Source of the DNA: a virus
Taxonomy: Duplodnaviria > Caudoviricetes
IMG/VR virus record: IMGVR_UViG_3300021960_000075
Coordinates: 1-60,959 of that record
Length of the DNA stretch: 60,959 nt
Reading direction: 5' to 3' (one strand)
Below are positions 44,935 to 54,439 of this stretch, piece after piece. A model generated the notes under the pieces. That model was given only the letters and a program-made list of their open reading frames with translations. It ran no database searches and had not been told where the DNA came from. The first letter of the stretch is position 1. Every line of letters starts with the position of its first letter. A program made the translations under genes and the position numbers.

Positions 44935-45786
44935 ATGAAAAAACGATGGTGGGAACGAAAAAAATACAGCAGAATTCTAGAAGAAAAAACACATATTCTT
45001 GGAGAAGAAAACGAAATACTTTTTCTAGTTAAGCCTGAACACGCTCATTATAATGATTTAGCACCTGTTCGACCTGCAAAAGATTTTATGCCTGCTTGGT
45101 ATAAAAATCTACAGCGTGAATGGACTGAGATGCGTGATGGTCAACACGAACACGGCTATGACGAAACTTGGAATGGTGTTCCTTATAAAGATAACTCAAT
45201 TAAAAAATGTCCTACTGTAAAAGACATAATGTTTAGTGGATACATTATTCCCCTGTGGCTAGATTTAAAAATAAATTTTACAGTAGAAACAGGATTTGAT
45301 TGGTATAACAAACACGCTTTTGAAGAAACTATTACTTATCACAGTCCTAATTCAATAGGAGCAATGCCTATTAATGAAGGGTCTTTTTCTTCCGCAATGA
45401 AGTTTACGAACCCTTGGGATATTGTTACTCCTCCGGGATGGTCAGTATTAATTACTACTCCTTGGTATCACAGACATTGGGAGATAGAAATAATGCCTAG
45501 TATCGTAGAAACAGATAGTTACCATCAAATGAATATTCCCTTTTTATATCACGGTCAAGGAGAAAGAACTTTTAGACAAGGTATGCCTTTGATTCAGGTA
45601 ATACCTTTTAAAAGAAGTGGATTTGATACTCTTAAAGGTTATCAGTCAAGAATGATGGATAATTTAGAAAGAGTTTATTATGATAAGACAAGGGCTGCTG
45701 AAAGAACCAAGCAAAATGGTTGGTATAGATGGCTTACCCAACAGAATAGAAAAATATGGAAAAGAGATGGAATTATAGATGAATAA
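44935..45786 (+). CDS. DUF6065-like protein (dUTPase-like fold), paralogue 2
   Basis: IKKCP...GYIIPLW, KFTNPW...TPPGWS, IVETDSYH, G.PLIQVIPFKR. Confidence 0.7.
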   Translation: MKKRWWERKKYSRILEEKTHILGEENEILFLVKPEHAHYNDLAPVRPAKDFMPAWYKNLQREWTEMRDGQHEHGYDETWNGVPYKDNSIKKCPTVKDIMFSGYIIPLWLDLKINFTVETGFDWYNKHAFEETITYHSPNSIGAMPINEGSFSSAMKFTNPWDIVTPPGWSVLITTPWYHRHWEIEIMPSIVETDSYHQMNIPFLYHGQGERTFRQGMPLIQVIPFKRSGFDTLKGYQSRMMDNLERVYYDKTRAAERTKQNGWYRWLTQQNRKIWKRDGIIDE

Positions 45787-46621
45787 ATGTCCTGTGCCTA
45801 AACACGGCTACAAAATACCTAAGCTAACAGATATATGGTCTAAAAAATTAAGCACTATAAATAAGGATATGCCTACTGTTGCTTTTACTTTACCTCGTAA
45901 AAATTTAGAATGGGGTCAATTAGAAAATAAAGAAACTCAGAGTGAACACCCGCCAATAAACTTTAATACACCAAGTAAATTTATCAAGGCACCTAATGGT
46001 TGTGTATCTACACAGTTTATGCGTAATAGAATGTATGAATGCTATTTTCCTTGGTCATATGTAAAAGTAAAGATGTCTAAGAATAAATTTGCTGATGAAG
46101 TAAATAGATTTGATGGTTGGGATATGACAGCAAACTTTTATGGGAATGTTAAACACCACGGACCATTTAGAGATATTATTTTAGAAGAAAAAGAAGCTTG
46201 GGGAGATAGAGAGCGTCCTGTATTACAAATAACAATGCCAATTATGTTATTTACTGATGACCCTGAAGTCTGGATGGATGTAATACCTAGTGATAGAAAT
46301 GCAGGTAAGAACCTTCCAATATCTACAATTCCGGGATTTATGCCTATATACGGATGGTCTAGAGGATTATCTTGGGCTTTTGAATGGACAGATATGAACA
46401 ATTTAGAACTAAATCTAAACCACGATGTAGTTATGTTTAATTTATTATTTAGCAAACCTGTAAAGCTTGAGTATGTTGAATGGAATGAAACATTGAGTAA
46501 GCAATGGAATCAGATAGTAGGTTCTAGTGTTAATAGAAGGGATACAAATATGTTATATCCTTTAGCACTAGAAAGAAGACCTAAAAATGTATTAAAGAAA
46601 GATAAATGGTGGAAGCGTTAA
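45779..46621 (+). CDS. Hypothetical protein, possibly a distant member of the same dUTPase-like group
   Basis: Weak echo: C...., IPGFM.IYGW.R..SWAFEW, VMFNL.F. Confidence 0.6.
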   Translation: MNKCPVPKHGYKIPKLTDIWSKKLSTINKDMPTVAFTLPRKNLEWGQLENKETQSEHPPINFNTPSKFIKAPNGCVSTQFMRNRMYECYFPWSYVKVKMSKNKFADEVNRFDGWDMTANFYGNVKHHGPFRDIILEEKEAWGDRERPVLQITMPIMLFTDDPEVWMDVIPSDRNAGKNLPISTIPGFMPIYGWSRGLSWAFEWTDMNNLELNLNHDVVMFNLLFSKPVKLEYVEWNETLSKQWNQIVGSSVNRRDTNMLYPLALERRPKNVLKKDKWWKR

Positions 46622-47139
46622 TTTTAAAAGATGTTTACCCAAAAAATATTTTTGATAGATTAATTACAGTTGCAAAAAGACAGGTTAATCATTTAACATA
46701 CAATGATTCTTTTGGAAGATATGGAGTAACTTATGGTAATAAAGAAAAAAATGAAGGACTTCATAGCCAATGGTTATCTAACTTTATTAATGTTTTAACA
46801 CCTTTAGCTAAAGAAGTATTTAATTCTTCAACTTTAGAACCTTCATACTCTATGTTTGCTGAATATAGAAAAGTAGGAGATACAATTCCTAATTTACCTC
46901 ATCATAAAGATAATAACGCTTGCACATACACAATAGATGTATGCCTTTATCAAGATACACCTTGGGCTATATGGATAGAAGGAAAAGAATATTATTTAGA
47001 GCCTAACCAAGCAATTGTAATTTATGGAGAAGACCAAGAACACTGGAGAGAAGAATTTCCTGACCCTGAAAATAATGTAGTAGGAATGATGTTTAATCAT
47101 TATGTTGAACCTGACCATTGGTGGAATAAAAATGTTTAG
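46606..47139 (+). CDS. 2OG-Fe(II) oxygenase-like protein
   Basis: L..HKD..AC.YT...W.IW.EG....L....A....G....HWR...F.HY. Confidence 0.8.
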   Translation: MVEALILKDVYPKNIFDRLITVAKRQVNHLTYNDSFGRYGVTYGNKEKNEGLHSQWLSNFINVLTPLAKEVFNSSTLEPSYSMFAEYRKVGDTIPNLPHHKDNNACTYTIDVCLYQDTPWAIWIEGKEYYLEPNQAIVIYGEDQEHWREEFPDPENNVVGMMFNHYVEPDHWWNKNV

Positions 47140-47881
47140 CATAAAGGGAAACAATATAACTTTTAAAACACAGCAACCTGCATTGGTTGAACTAGAACCT
47201 GTGATACCTGCTGCTCAGGCTATACCTGAGTGGTTTCAAAATCTACATATGGATTTACCAAGACCTGAACATAAACCTTTTCCTATCATAGGCAACATTT
47301 TAAAATCTTGGAATTCACATACAATTAAAAAATGTCCTGCTGTTGTAGATTACTTTGCAGAAGGATACATAATTCCTATGTGGGCAGACATATTAGTTCA
47401 AAGATATGGTCAAGAATTTCATTTTGAAACAAATGGGATACAAGATGGCATAGGAAGCGTAATAGAATTTCACGATGAAGCACAATTTAAGACATATCCA
47501 TTTAAAAGAAATGATTATAGAAGAGCAGTAAAGTTTACTAGCCCTTGGTTCTTTTATACTCCACCGGGTTGGTCTACATTATTTATACAACCACAGTTAC
47601 ATCCACAAGAAAACTTTACATTATTTCCGGGAATTGTAGAAACAGATAGCTTTCATCAAGTTAACTTTCCAAGTATTTGGCACAGTGAAGGAGACAGAAT
47701 ACTTAAAAGAGGCTATCCTTTTATGCACTGTATTCCTTTTAAGAGAAGTAAAACTAAATTAATTGTTGAAGAATTTGGTCCAATGGATTACAGAAATAAT
47801 AATATGGAATCCTATAACCTTAGAAGTAAAATGACTGCAGGATACAGAGAAATCACACGACGTAATAGAAAGCTACAATAG
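47132..47881 (+). CDS. DUF6065-like protein (dUTPase-like fold), paralogue 3
   Basis: IKKCPA...GYIIPMW, KFTSPW...TPPGWS, PGIVETDSFH, RG.P....IPFKR. Confidence 0.7.
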   Translation: MFSIKGNNITFKTQQPALVELEPVIPAAQAIPEWFQNLHMDLPRPEHKPFPIIGNILKSWNSHTIKKCPAVVDYFAEGYIIPMWADILVQRYGQEFHFETNGIQDGIGSVIEFHDEAQFKTYPFKRNDYRRAVKFTSPWFFYTPPGWSTLFIQPQLHPQENFTLFPGIVETDSFHQVNFPSIWHSEGDRILKRGYPFMHCIPFKRSKTKLIVEEFGPMDYRNNNMESYNLRSKMTAGYREITRRNRKLQ

Positions 47882-47885
47882 ACAT

Positions 47886-48131
47886 ATGAAAGTATGGATT
47901 GACCAAGATTTATGCACAGGAGATGGTTTATGTGCCGAGATATGTCCTGAAGTATTTGTAATGAAAAATGATGGTCTTGCTTATGTTCAAGACTATGAAA
48001 GAGTCTATAGTGCTATTGACGGAAACCCTCAAGGTGCTGATGGTAAAGCCATTGTTCCTATAAACAAAATAGAGCTTGTCAAAGAAGCTGCTGAAGAGTG
48101 TCCCGGAGAGTGTATATTTATCGAGCTATAA
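47886..48131 (+). CDS. fdx: Single-cluster ferredoxin ([3Fe-4S]/[4Fe-4S])
   Basis: MKVWIDQDLCTGDGLC...ECPGECI; CxxDxxC plus distal CP. Confidence 0.93.
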   Translation: MKVWIDQDLCTGDGLCAEICPEVFVMKNDGLAYVQDYERVYSAIDGNPQGADGKAIVPINKIELVKEAAEECPGECIFIEL

Positions 48132-48138
48132 TAATAGT

Positions 48139-48309
48139 ATGGTAAATAATTACAATTTAGAATGGGAACTGCTCAAAAAAAGCAAAGTAACTAATCGTGC
48201 ACCATCTTCCATCACTTCTGATATAAAAAATCATATAGATGATTTAGAGAATTGCCAATGTGGATGTAAGATTGTAAACACCTATTACAACAAAGAAACA
48301 AAAAAATAA
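48139..48309 (+). CDS. Hypothetical protein
   Basis: TATAAT-6 nt-ATG leaderless start. Confidence 0.5.
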   Translation: MVNNYNLEWELLKKSKVTNRAPSSITSDIKNHIDDLENCQCGCKIVNTYYNKETKK

Positions 48310-48381
48310 AAAAATACTTTGAAATGACATAAAATGTCATTTCACTCTGCTATAATTATCTTGTCGAATAATAGGAGAATA

Positions 48382-48609
48382 ATGGCAGAACAGCAAAAAA
48401 TTGAAGTTGAAGACTTAGTCAAAGCTTTTAATAATCAAGTTAGTGAAATTGCTAAACTCAAGAAGATGATAGACAAGATGGCTATGAATGAAGCTAGACA
48501 TACTGTCGAAATCGCTGAAAGAGATGTAGTTATTGATAACTTAAAAGCTCTACTTCAACAATCTAGTGTTCATACACACGAAGATTTAAGTGTTTCTGAG
48601 GAAGAATAG
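48382..48609 (+). CDS. Hypothetical coiled-coil protein
   Basis: AGGAG before ATG 48382. Confidence 0.7.
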   Translation: MAEQQKIEVEDLVKAFNNQVSEIAKLKKMIDKMAMNEARHTVEIAERDVVIDNLKALLQQSSVHTHEDLSVSEEE

Positions 48610-48869
48610 TGCTAGATAAAATCGACGAACTATTTGAATCAGTTCACAGAGAACGCTCTCAAAAGCTAAAAGTAGATAAAATTCTTAATACTTTAGCTAA
48701 CGGAGATGACATAGAACAACAGGCAGCAGTAAAATTAGAATCACACTTAAAGAACCCAATGTACCCCGATGAAACTATCGTCATAGTGTTTAAAAAATTG
48801 GATTTCACGGTTTCTTTATCAGCAGTGAGAAACTGGAGAATCCAAAATAATGTCAAAACAGCAGGATAA
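48609..48869 (+). CDS. Hypothetical protein, possible HTH
   Basis: C-terminal VSLSAVRNWR; upstream of phosphoesterase. Confidence 0.65.
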   Translation: MLDKIDELFESVHRERSQKLKVDKILNTLANGDDIEQQAAVKLESHLKNPMYPDETIVIVFKKLDFTVSLSAVRNWRIQNNVKTAG

Positions 48870-50127
48870 AAACCGAAAAGAAAAAGAATTAAAGTTCAAG
48901 GATGCTTTAGATTTTCCTGAAGTTGAACAAGCTAAAATAGATGATTTCCCTGTACCCCCTAAAGGTTATGAAGATTATTTTGAGTTTGATGAAAAGAGTG
49001 GAACTGGAACTTTAGCACAAAATAAAAAAGAATCTGAAGGTTCACCAGCAAAAAACTGGGACCAATGGCTTTTAGACAATGGAATTGACCCAAATTATTT
49101 TTGTGTTTTAGATGACACAATGAAATTTAGAACTTGGACAGGTGCCGGTGGAGAAAAGATGGTTCATTGGTCTTGTACTATAGTAAGAAAAAGTAGACAA
49201 CTTTTAGATGAAAAAGGTATTAAAGAATTAGTTGATAGAGCTAAAAAAGCTAAATTCAAAGCACCTAAAGTTTCTAAAGGTGATGCTAGCTTCGTAGTTC
49301 TTTTTTCAGACTGGCAGGTCGGAAAAAATGAAGGAGGCGGAACTAAATCTTTAATCAATAGAATTGAAGTAGGTGTTGCAGAAACAATACAAAGATTCAA
49401 AAATCTTCAAACTATTGGATATAATTTTGATGAAATAATTATAGGATGCCTCGGGGACATCGTCGAAGGGTGTTCAGGCTTTTACGATATGCAAGAATTC
49501 TCAGTCGAGCTCGATGACCGTGCTCAAAAAACTGTCGCTAGAAATCTTATGTTTACAGCTATAGATGCTTTTGCACAATTAGGCGTAAAAGTAACTGTTG
49601 TAAGTGTTCCCGGAAATCACGGAGAGAACAGAAGAGGCGGAAAAGCGTACACAAGCTTTATGGATAATAAAGATTTAGAAGTCGCAGACATATTAGAATT
49701 TTCAATGAAACAAAATCCTGAATCTTATAGTCACGTAAAGTACATACATCCAAAAAATAAAGATGATGCTACTTCTGTTGTTTATAAGTCTCACGGAAAA
49801 ATATTAGGATTTGTTCACGGTCACCAATTTCGTTCCGGGGGCGGTTCTTTTGTTCCAGCTAAAGCACAAGCTTGGCATAAAAATCAAAAGTATGGTGGAT
49901 ATAGTATCGGTTATGCAGATATTTTAAACTTTGGTCACTTCCATCACTTTACTTTTGTAGAAGACCCAATGCAATTAATTGGAGCACCTGCACTTGATGG
50001 TGGTTCTAAATGGATAGAACAAACACACGGTAAGCTAACTAGACCGGGTATGTTAAGCTATACAGTTGATAAATACGGTGTTGGTAATATCTTTAAAGCT
50101 CAGAAAAAATCAAAAAAAGAGTTATAG
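48850..50127 (+). CDS. Metallophosphoesterase (calcineurin-like)
   Basis: SDWQ.G, LGD.VEG, PGNHG, HGH, GHFHH. Confidence 0.9.
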   Translation: MSKQQDKNRKEKELKFKDALDFPEVEQAKIDDFPVPPKGYEDYFEFDEKSGTGTLAQNKKESEGSPAKNWDQWLLDNGIDPNYFCVLDDTMKFRTWTGAGGEKMVHWSCTIVRKSRQLLDEKGIKELVDRAKKAKFKAPKVSKGDASFVVLFSDWQVGKNEGGGTKSLINRIEVGVAETIQRFKNLQTIGYNFDEIIIGCLGDIVEGCSGFYDMQEFSVELDDRAQKTVARNLMFTAIDAFAQLGVKVTVVSVPGNHGENRRGGKAYTSFMDNKDLEVADILEFSMKQNPESYSHVKYIHPKNKDDATSVVYKSHGKILGFVHGHQFRSGGGSFVPAKAQAWHKNQKYGGYSIGYADILNFGHFHHFTFVEDPMQLIGAPALDGGSKWIEQTHGKLTRPGMLSYTVDKYGVGNIFKAQKKSKKEL

Positions 50128-50170
50128 AATAAGTACAGTATCTTAAAATATATATAGTAATATATATATT

Positions 50171-50959
50171 ATGGGATATTATTATTTATTAGATAACGAA
50201 AATCCATATGCCAAGATAAGAGAGAATAACAAAAGAGGAAACTACTATCCTTCAAGAAGTAGAGATATACAAGGAATAGTGGTTCATACTGCTGAAGGCG
50301 GTACTGAAGCTGAGCTTATAGCTAAGTATCTATCTACAACTAATAGAACAGCATCTGCTCACTGTGTAATTGATAACAAAAGTATTGTAAATCTACTTCC
50401 TGATGACTTTACAGCTTTTCACGTTAGAGGACACAACAGTAAATCTTTAGGTTTAGAAATAGCTTATTATGCTTCTCAATGGGGTAACAATAAAGAATAC
50501 GAAAATGAAGTAATTGCTATGAGTGCTAAATGGGCTGCAGAAAAAGTAAAAGTATATGACATACCTGTAAGAAGATTAACCATTGATGAATGGTTAAAGG
50601 GTCAGAAAGGATTTATATCACACGCTGAATTAGACCCTACAAGAAGAAGTGACCCCGGAATGAATTTTCCTTGGGAGCAATTTTTTACTTTAATTAAAGG
50701 CAAAGCCTTTAGAAAAGCTAAGCGACAAGCACCAAATTGGAATGGTAGAATATTTGTAGTGAGTGCACCATACGTAAAGGGAGATGACGTAGCTCAGTGG
50801 CAAGATGCTGCTGGTGGATTAACTGCAGATGGAGTTTATGGCAGAAAATCAGAAACAAGGTGTAAAGAAATTCAAAAAATAGCTGGATTAATTCCTGATG
50901 GCATAGTTGGTCCACAGACTTGGTATGCAACATTTGGATTACCAGAGATAGAGGAATAA
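50171..50959 (+). CDS. Endolysin: N-acetylmuramoyl-L-alanine amidase with peptidoglycan-binding domain
   Basis: IVVHTAE, SAH, AFH, SLGLE, SHAE...DPG..FPW; DG.YG and DGIVGPQTW. Confidence 0.92.
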   Translation: MGYYYLLDNENPYAKIRENNKRGNYYPSRSRDIQGIVVHTAEGGTEAELIAKYLSTTNRTASAHCVIDNKSIVNLLPDDFTAFHVRGHNSKSLGLEIAYYASQWGNNKEYENEVIAMSAKWAAEKVKVYDIPVRRLTIDEWLKGQKGFISHAELDPTRRSDPGMNFPWEQFFTLIKGKAFRKAKRQAPNWNGRIFVVSAPYVKGDDVAQWQDAAGGLTADGVYGRKSETRCKEIQKIAGLIPDGIVGPQTWYATFGLPEIEE

Positions 50960-51504
50960 TGCAATTAGAAGTATTAAGAATCAGTTCTCAAGAAGATTCT
51001 ACAAATGGAATTTTATTTGATATAACTGATGGCGTAAGAAAATTCTTATGCTACACAATAGAAGACGAATTTCGTGCTACTAAAGTAATGCACGAAACCC
51101 GAATTCCTGAAGGAACATATAACTTAACTCTAAGGTCAGAAGGTGGTTTCCACTCAAAGTATCTTAGTAAGTATGGTGCTGATTGGCACAAAGGTATGAT
51201 TTGGGTAAAAAATGTTCCGGGATTCGAGTTCATACTTTGGCATACCGGGAACACGGATGAGTCGACCTCGGGGTGTCTCATTTTGGGCTCAAGTCAAAAT
51301 GAAAATATAACTAAAAAAGACGGGTTCGTCGGAGCGTCTGTTGAGGCGTATAAACGAGTTTATCCAATTGTGCGAGATGCAATTTTATTGGATGAAGATG
51401 TCACAGTCACATATGTTGATTATGACTACAGAGAAGGTGGGAGATTTCTGTTACCATTACCTAGAATAGTTAGTGGTGGCGGGTCAGTAAAGAAGATACT
51501 TTAG
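50959..51504 (+). CDS. DUF5675-like protein (His/Cys, L,D-transpeptidase-like motif)
   Basis: T.G.L...CYT.ED, ETRIP.G.Y, ILWH.GN....T.GCL.LG. Confidence 0.8.
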   Translation: MQLEVLRISSQEDSTNGILFDITDGVRKFLCYTIEDEFRATKVMHETRIPEGTYNLTLRSEGGFHSKYLSKYGADWHKGMIWVKNVPGFEFILWHTGNTDESTSGCLILGSSQNENITKKDGFVGASVEAYKRVYPIVRDAILLDEDVTVTYVDYDYREGGRFLLPLPRIVSGGGSVKKIL

Positions 51505-51514
51505 GAGGTATTAA

Positions 51515-51727
51515 ATGCCTGATTATTGGAGAACAGCACTTATTAGAGCAGCTAGAACAGCAGCTCAGACATTTGTAGCTGTACTAATGGCAAATCAAGC
51601 AGGAATGTTTGAAGCTGATGTTGTAATGGCTGCTTCTGTAGCCGGAGCATCTGCTCTAGTTTCTGCTATACAAAATGCGTTGGAAGACGCACCATTTCCA
51701 TTTATGTCTAAAATTCCTAAAGGATAG
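51515..51727 (+). CDS. Holin (r1t-like)
   Basis: W......RA.RT.AQ motif, two hydrophobic segments, lysis cassette. Confidence 0.8.
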   Translation: MPDYWRTALIRAARTAAQTFVAVLMANQAGMFEADVVMAASVAGASALVSAIQNALEDAPFPFMSKIPKG

Positions 51728-51751
51728 TCAAGATATAATCGGTTATAATAG

Positions 51752-51785
51752 ATAGAGATGGTCGGGGAAACCCGACCTTTTCTAT
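51752..51785 (+). terminator. Hairpin/terminator between the two holin-like genes
   Basis: GGTCGGG-GAAA-CCCGACC-TTTT. Confidence 0.65.
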
Positions 51786-51797
51786 TTAGGAGACAAA

Positions 51798-52058
51798 ATG
51801 GTACAGAAAGTAATGAGCGGTGGTCAGCTCTATTTAAATATCATCAAAAGAATTATTGCAGTATTTGTTGCTCAAGCATTGTCAATATTAGGTGCAGGTT
51901 CTTTGGTCGGTATAGATGTCTACCAGTCTGCTTTATTAGCTGGAATTATGGGGGTTGCTCACGTTGTTGAGATGTTAGCAAGAAAATACATAGATGATGG
52001 AAAATTAACGCTTGATGAGGTAAACGAAGTATTTAACGCAGTTCCTACTAGAAAGTAG
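51798..52058 (+). CDS. Holin-like membrane protein
   Basis: Two TM segments, C-terminal DDGKLT..E.N..F; AGGAG RBS. Confidence 0.65.
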   Translation: MVQKVMSGGQLYLNIIKRIIAVFVAQALSILGAGSLVGIDVYQSALLAGIMGVAHVVEMLARKYIDDGKLTLDEVNEVFNAVPTRK

Positions 52059-52061
52059 GAT

Positions 52062-54239
52062 ATGTTTAAAAAAATAAACACGGCTTTACGCCTATTAATT
52101 GTAGGTTTGCTTATTTATCCTATGCCTCTTGTGGGTGCAACAGAAGTAACTGTTAATGAAGGCTTTGCAGATAGCACTTACGAAGCAGGTTTAACTGTTA
52201 GTGGTGGAACTATTTATTGTGATGAACAAAATCAATATGGAACTACAGGTTGTTCTTTATTGTTAAGTAATGGAACTTATACTTTTACATTTTCTAGTGA
52301 TATTTATGTTTACGAAGTTGGATTTATTGTTGGTGCTGTAAATAATGCTTATTCAGTTAAATATTATTATTCTGATGGAACAGATGAAACTATTAATAAG
52401 TCTGGTCAAGACATTAGTAACTTTTCAACTATGTATGATGATTTTTATAAATCATTTACTGATTACAACAATTCAAATGAAATCAGTTCAGAAATATATA
52501 TAACAAAGTTTGATGTTGTTATATCTGATGCTTCTTTATTTGACACTTTATATTGGCAATATGATGACGCAGACGCTACAGGAAGTTTTGGTACCACTAC
52601 GACTACGACTTCTACAACGACTACGACTACTACAATTCCTAGAACTATAGGAACACCTACAAATGCTTCTGTTAAATTTGACACAGTAAATAATAATGAT
52701 GGTTTTTTAGTTTCTTGGTCAGCACCAACAGATGGTGGCTATAGTCCAGAACGATACGCAATATTTTTTGGCGAAGGGGAATGTTGTCAATGGGGAGTAG
52801 CCACAGGAAATGTAGGAGACGCAAATGCTTTAAATACTTACTACTTCTTTTCAATGAATTACTTAACTGCTATATTTGGTAGTCAATATGGAGATTTTTA
52901 TTGGAAAGTAAGGTCAGACAATGATACAGAAGCATTATATTCTGGTTGGTCTGCAACAGTTCATATGAACTCTACTGCACCTACAACGACTACTACAACG
53001 ACTACTACTACTACTACTACTACTACGACTTTACCTCCTCCAGCACCAGAACCAGAACCAGAGCCAGAAAAGATTGTAGTTATTATGGATGATGGTACTA
53101 AAGCAGAATATACAGAAGCTCAAATAGCTGATGGTACTTCCGATAGAGATAAAGAGCGTAACGCTAACGAAGATAAGTGGGGTTGTTATGTAACTAATGC
53201 TGCTTTAGAGCGTGGCGATTGTGAAGCATATAACAAAGCTCTATATGAATCTACCACGACTACCACTATTCCTGATAAAATAGAAGAAGAGATTAAAGAT
53301 GAAGAAATTATTGATACTAAGCCTGATATTGTTGACGAAGAAATTGTCGAAGATGGACTTGAACAGATTGAGACCGACCCACTTCCTAGTGAGGAGGGAG
53401 ATAAAGAGATACAATCAGAGGAACCCGTAGATGAAAAAGATGAAGTTAAGATTACAACTACTACAACAGTTCCTAAAATTACTACTACTACAACCGAACC
53501 GATTAAAGAAGATTTTGTTGATGAAAATATCGTTGAGGAAGAGATTTTGGATATTGAAGTTGTTATTAGCGAAGAACTTACAGAAGAAGAAGTCGAAGTC
53601 TTAGTTAAAGAAACTGAAGCTAAGGTTAAAGAAGTTGTTGTTATTGAAATTGTTGAAGATGAACCTATTGAGGAATTTGAAGCTAAAGTAGAACAAGCTG
53701 TTAAAGAACTTCCTAAAGAAAAGAAAGTCGAAGTTGTTAAAGAGGTAGCTAAAGTATCTGTACAAAATCTAGCTACTGCTGATAATACTACTAAGGCAGT
53801 AGTTAAAGCTGTTGTTAAAGAAGTAACTAAAACAGAAACTGTAGCTCAATTATCTGAAGAAGAAAAGAAAGATGTTGGTAAGGTTTTAGGTTTCCAAGAT
53901 GAAACTGCTGCTGATGATGTTGAGATAATTGCAGTACAAGCCGAAAAAGAACCTGCTATAGCCGAAGCTGTTGCTGAATATGTAGATAGAGCTATAGAAA
54001 ATAAAGATGTAGAAAACTATACCCTTGCTGATGTTGTTACAGAAGTCCAAATAGAAGCGTTTATAGCGGACCCAATAGGTGCTATAATGGATATAGATTT
54101 AGGTAACGTTGACTTTTCGACACTTGGTGATGATATGACATCTGACCAACGTCAAAAAGCAAAAGAAGTTGTAGTCCCTGTGATTATTGCTTCCCAAATA
54201 ATTGCACAAGCAGGTGCATTGATTAGGAGACCATTTTGA
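52062..54239 (+). CDS. Large secreted/surface protein with poly-Thr linkers, FN3-like domain and acidic stalk
   Basis: Signal-peptide-like N-terminus, Thr runs, PEPEP, hydrophobic C-terminus. Confidence 0.8.
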   Translation: MFKKINTALRLLIVGLLIYPMPLVGATEVTVNEGFADSTYEAGLTVSGGTIYCDEQNQYGTTGCSLLLSNGTYTFTFSSDIYVYEVGFIVGAVNNAYSVKYYYSDGTDETINKSGQDISNFSTMYDDFYKSFTDYNNSNEISSEIYITKFDVVISDASLFDTLYWQYDDADATGSFGTTTTTTSTTTTTTTIPRTIGTPTNASVKFDTVNNNDGFLVSWSAPTDGGYSPERYAIFFGEGECCQWGVATGNVGDANALNTYYFFSMNYLTAIFGSQYGDFYWKVRSDNDTEALYSGWSATVHMNSTAPTTTTTTTTTTTTTTTTLPPPAPEPEPEPEKIVVIMDDGTKAEYTEAQIADGTSDRDKERNANEDKWGCYVTNAALERGDCEAYNKALYESTTTTTIPDKIEEEIKDEEIIDTKPDIVDEEIVEDGLEQIETDPLPSEEGDKEIQSEEPVDEKDEVKITTTTTVPKITTTTTEPIKEDFVDENIVEEEILDIEVVISEELTEEEVEVLVKETEAKVKEVVVIEIVEDEPIEEFEAKVEQAVKELPKEKKVEVVKEVAKVSVQNLATADNTTKAVVKAVVKEVTKTETVAQLSEEEKKDVGKVLGFQDETAADDVEIIAVQAEKEPAIAEAVAEYVDRAIENKDVENYTLADVVTEVQIEAFIADPIGAIMDIDLGNVDFSTLGDDMTSDQRQKAKEVVVPVIIASQIIAQAGALIRRPF
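52983..53030 (+). repeat. ACN trinucleotide tract (poly-Thr)
   Basis: acaacgactactacaacgactactactact...; a second tract near 52594-52635. Confidence 0.85.
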
Positions 54240-54439
54240 AAAAGTTAAGCAAAATGGTGGGGGGAGACATATTTATATGGCTATGGGATGTTATTAAAGA
54301 ATCCATAGCTCAAATATTTACTCTATTAGGATTTTTTATTGCTTGGTTTACATTAACCGGCACAGCACAAGATATAGTAGGCATTGCAATAGTTATATCA
54401 ACTATTGTTTGGCTAGTAACAATTAGATTGAGAGATTAA
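54236..54439 (+). CDS. Small two-TM membrane protein
   Basis: QIFTLLGFFIAW.TLTG.A..IVG. Confidence 0.7.
   Translation: MKKLSKMVGGDIFIWLWDVIKESIAQIFTLLGFFIAWFTLTGTAQDIVGIAIVISTIVWLVTIRLRD

Noticed and set aside
42325-47881. DNA base-hypermodification (TET/JBP-type) locus
   Set aside because: Oxygenase motifs look P4H-like, the cluster lies among late tail genes, and no DNA methylase or nucleotide kinase is adjacent; disfavoured but not excluded
51758-51970. 70-aa alternative-frame ORF
   Set aside because: Starts inside a hairpin and overlaps the better supported 51798-52058 gene
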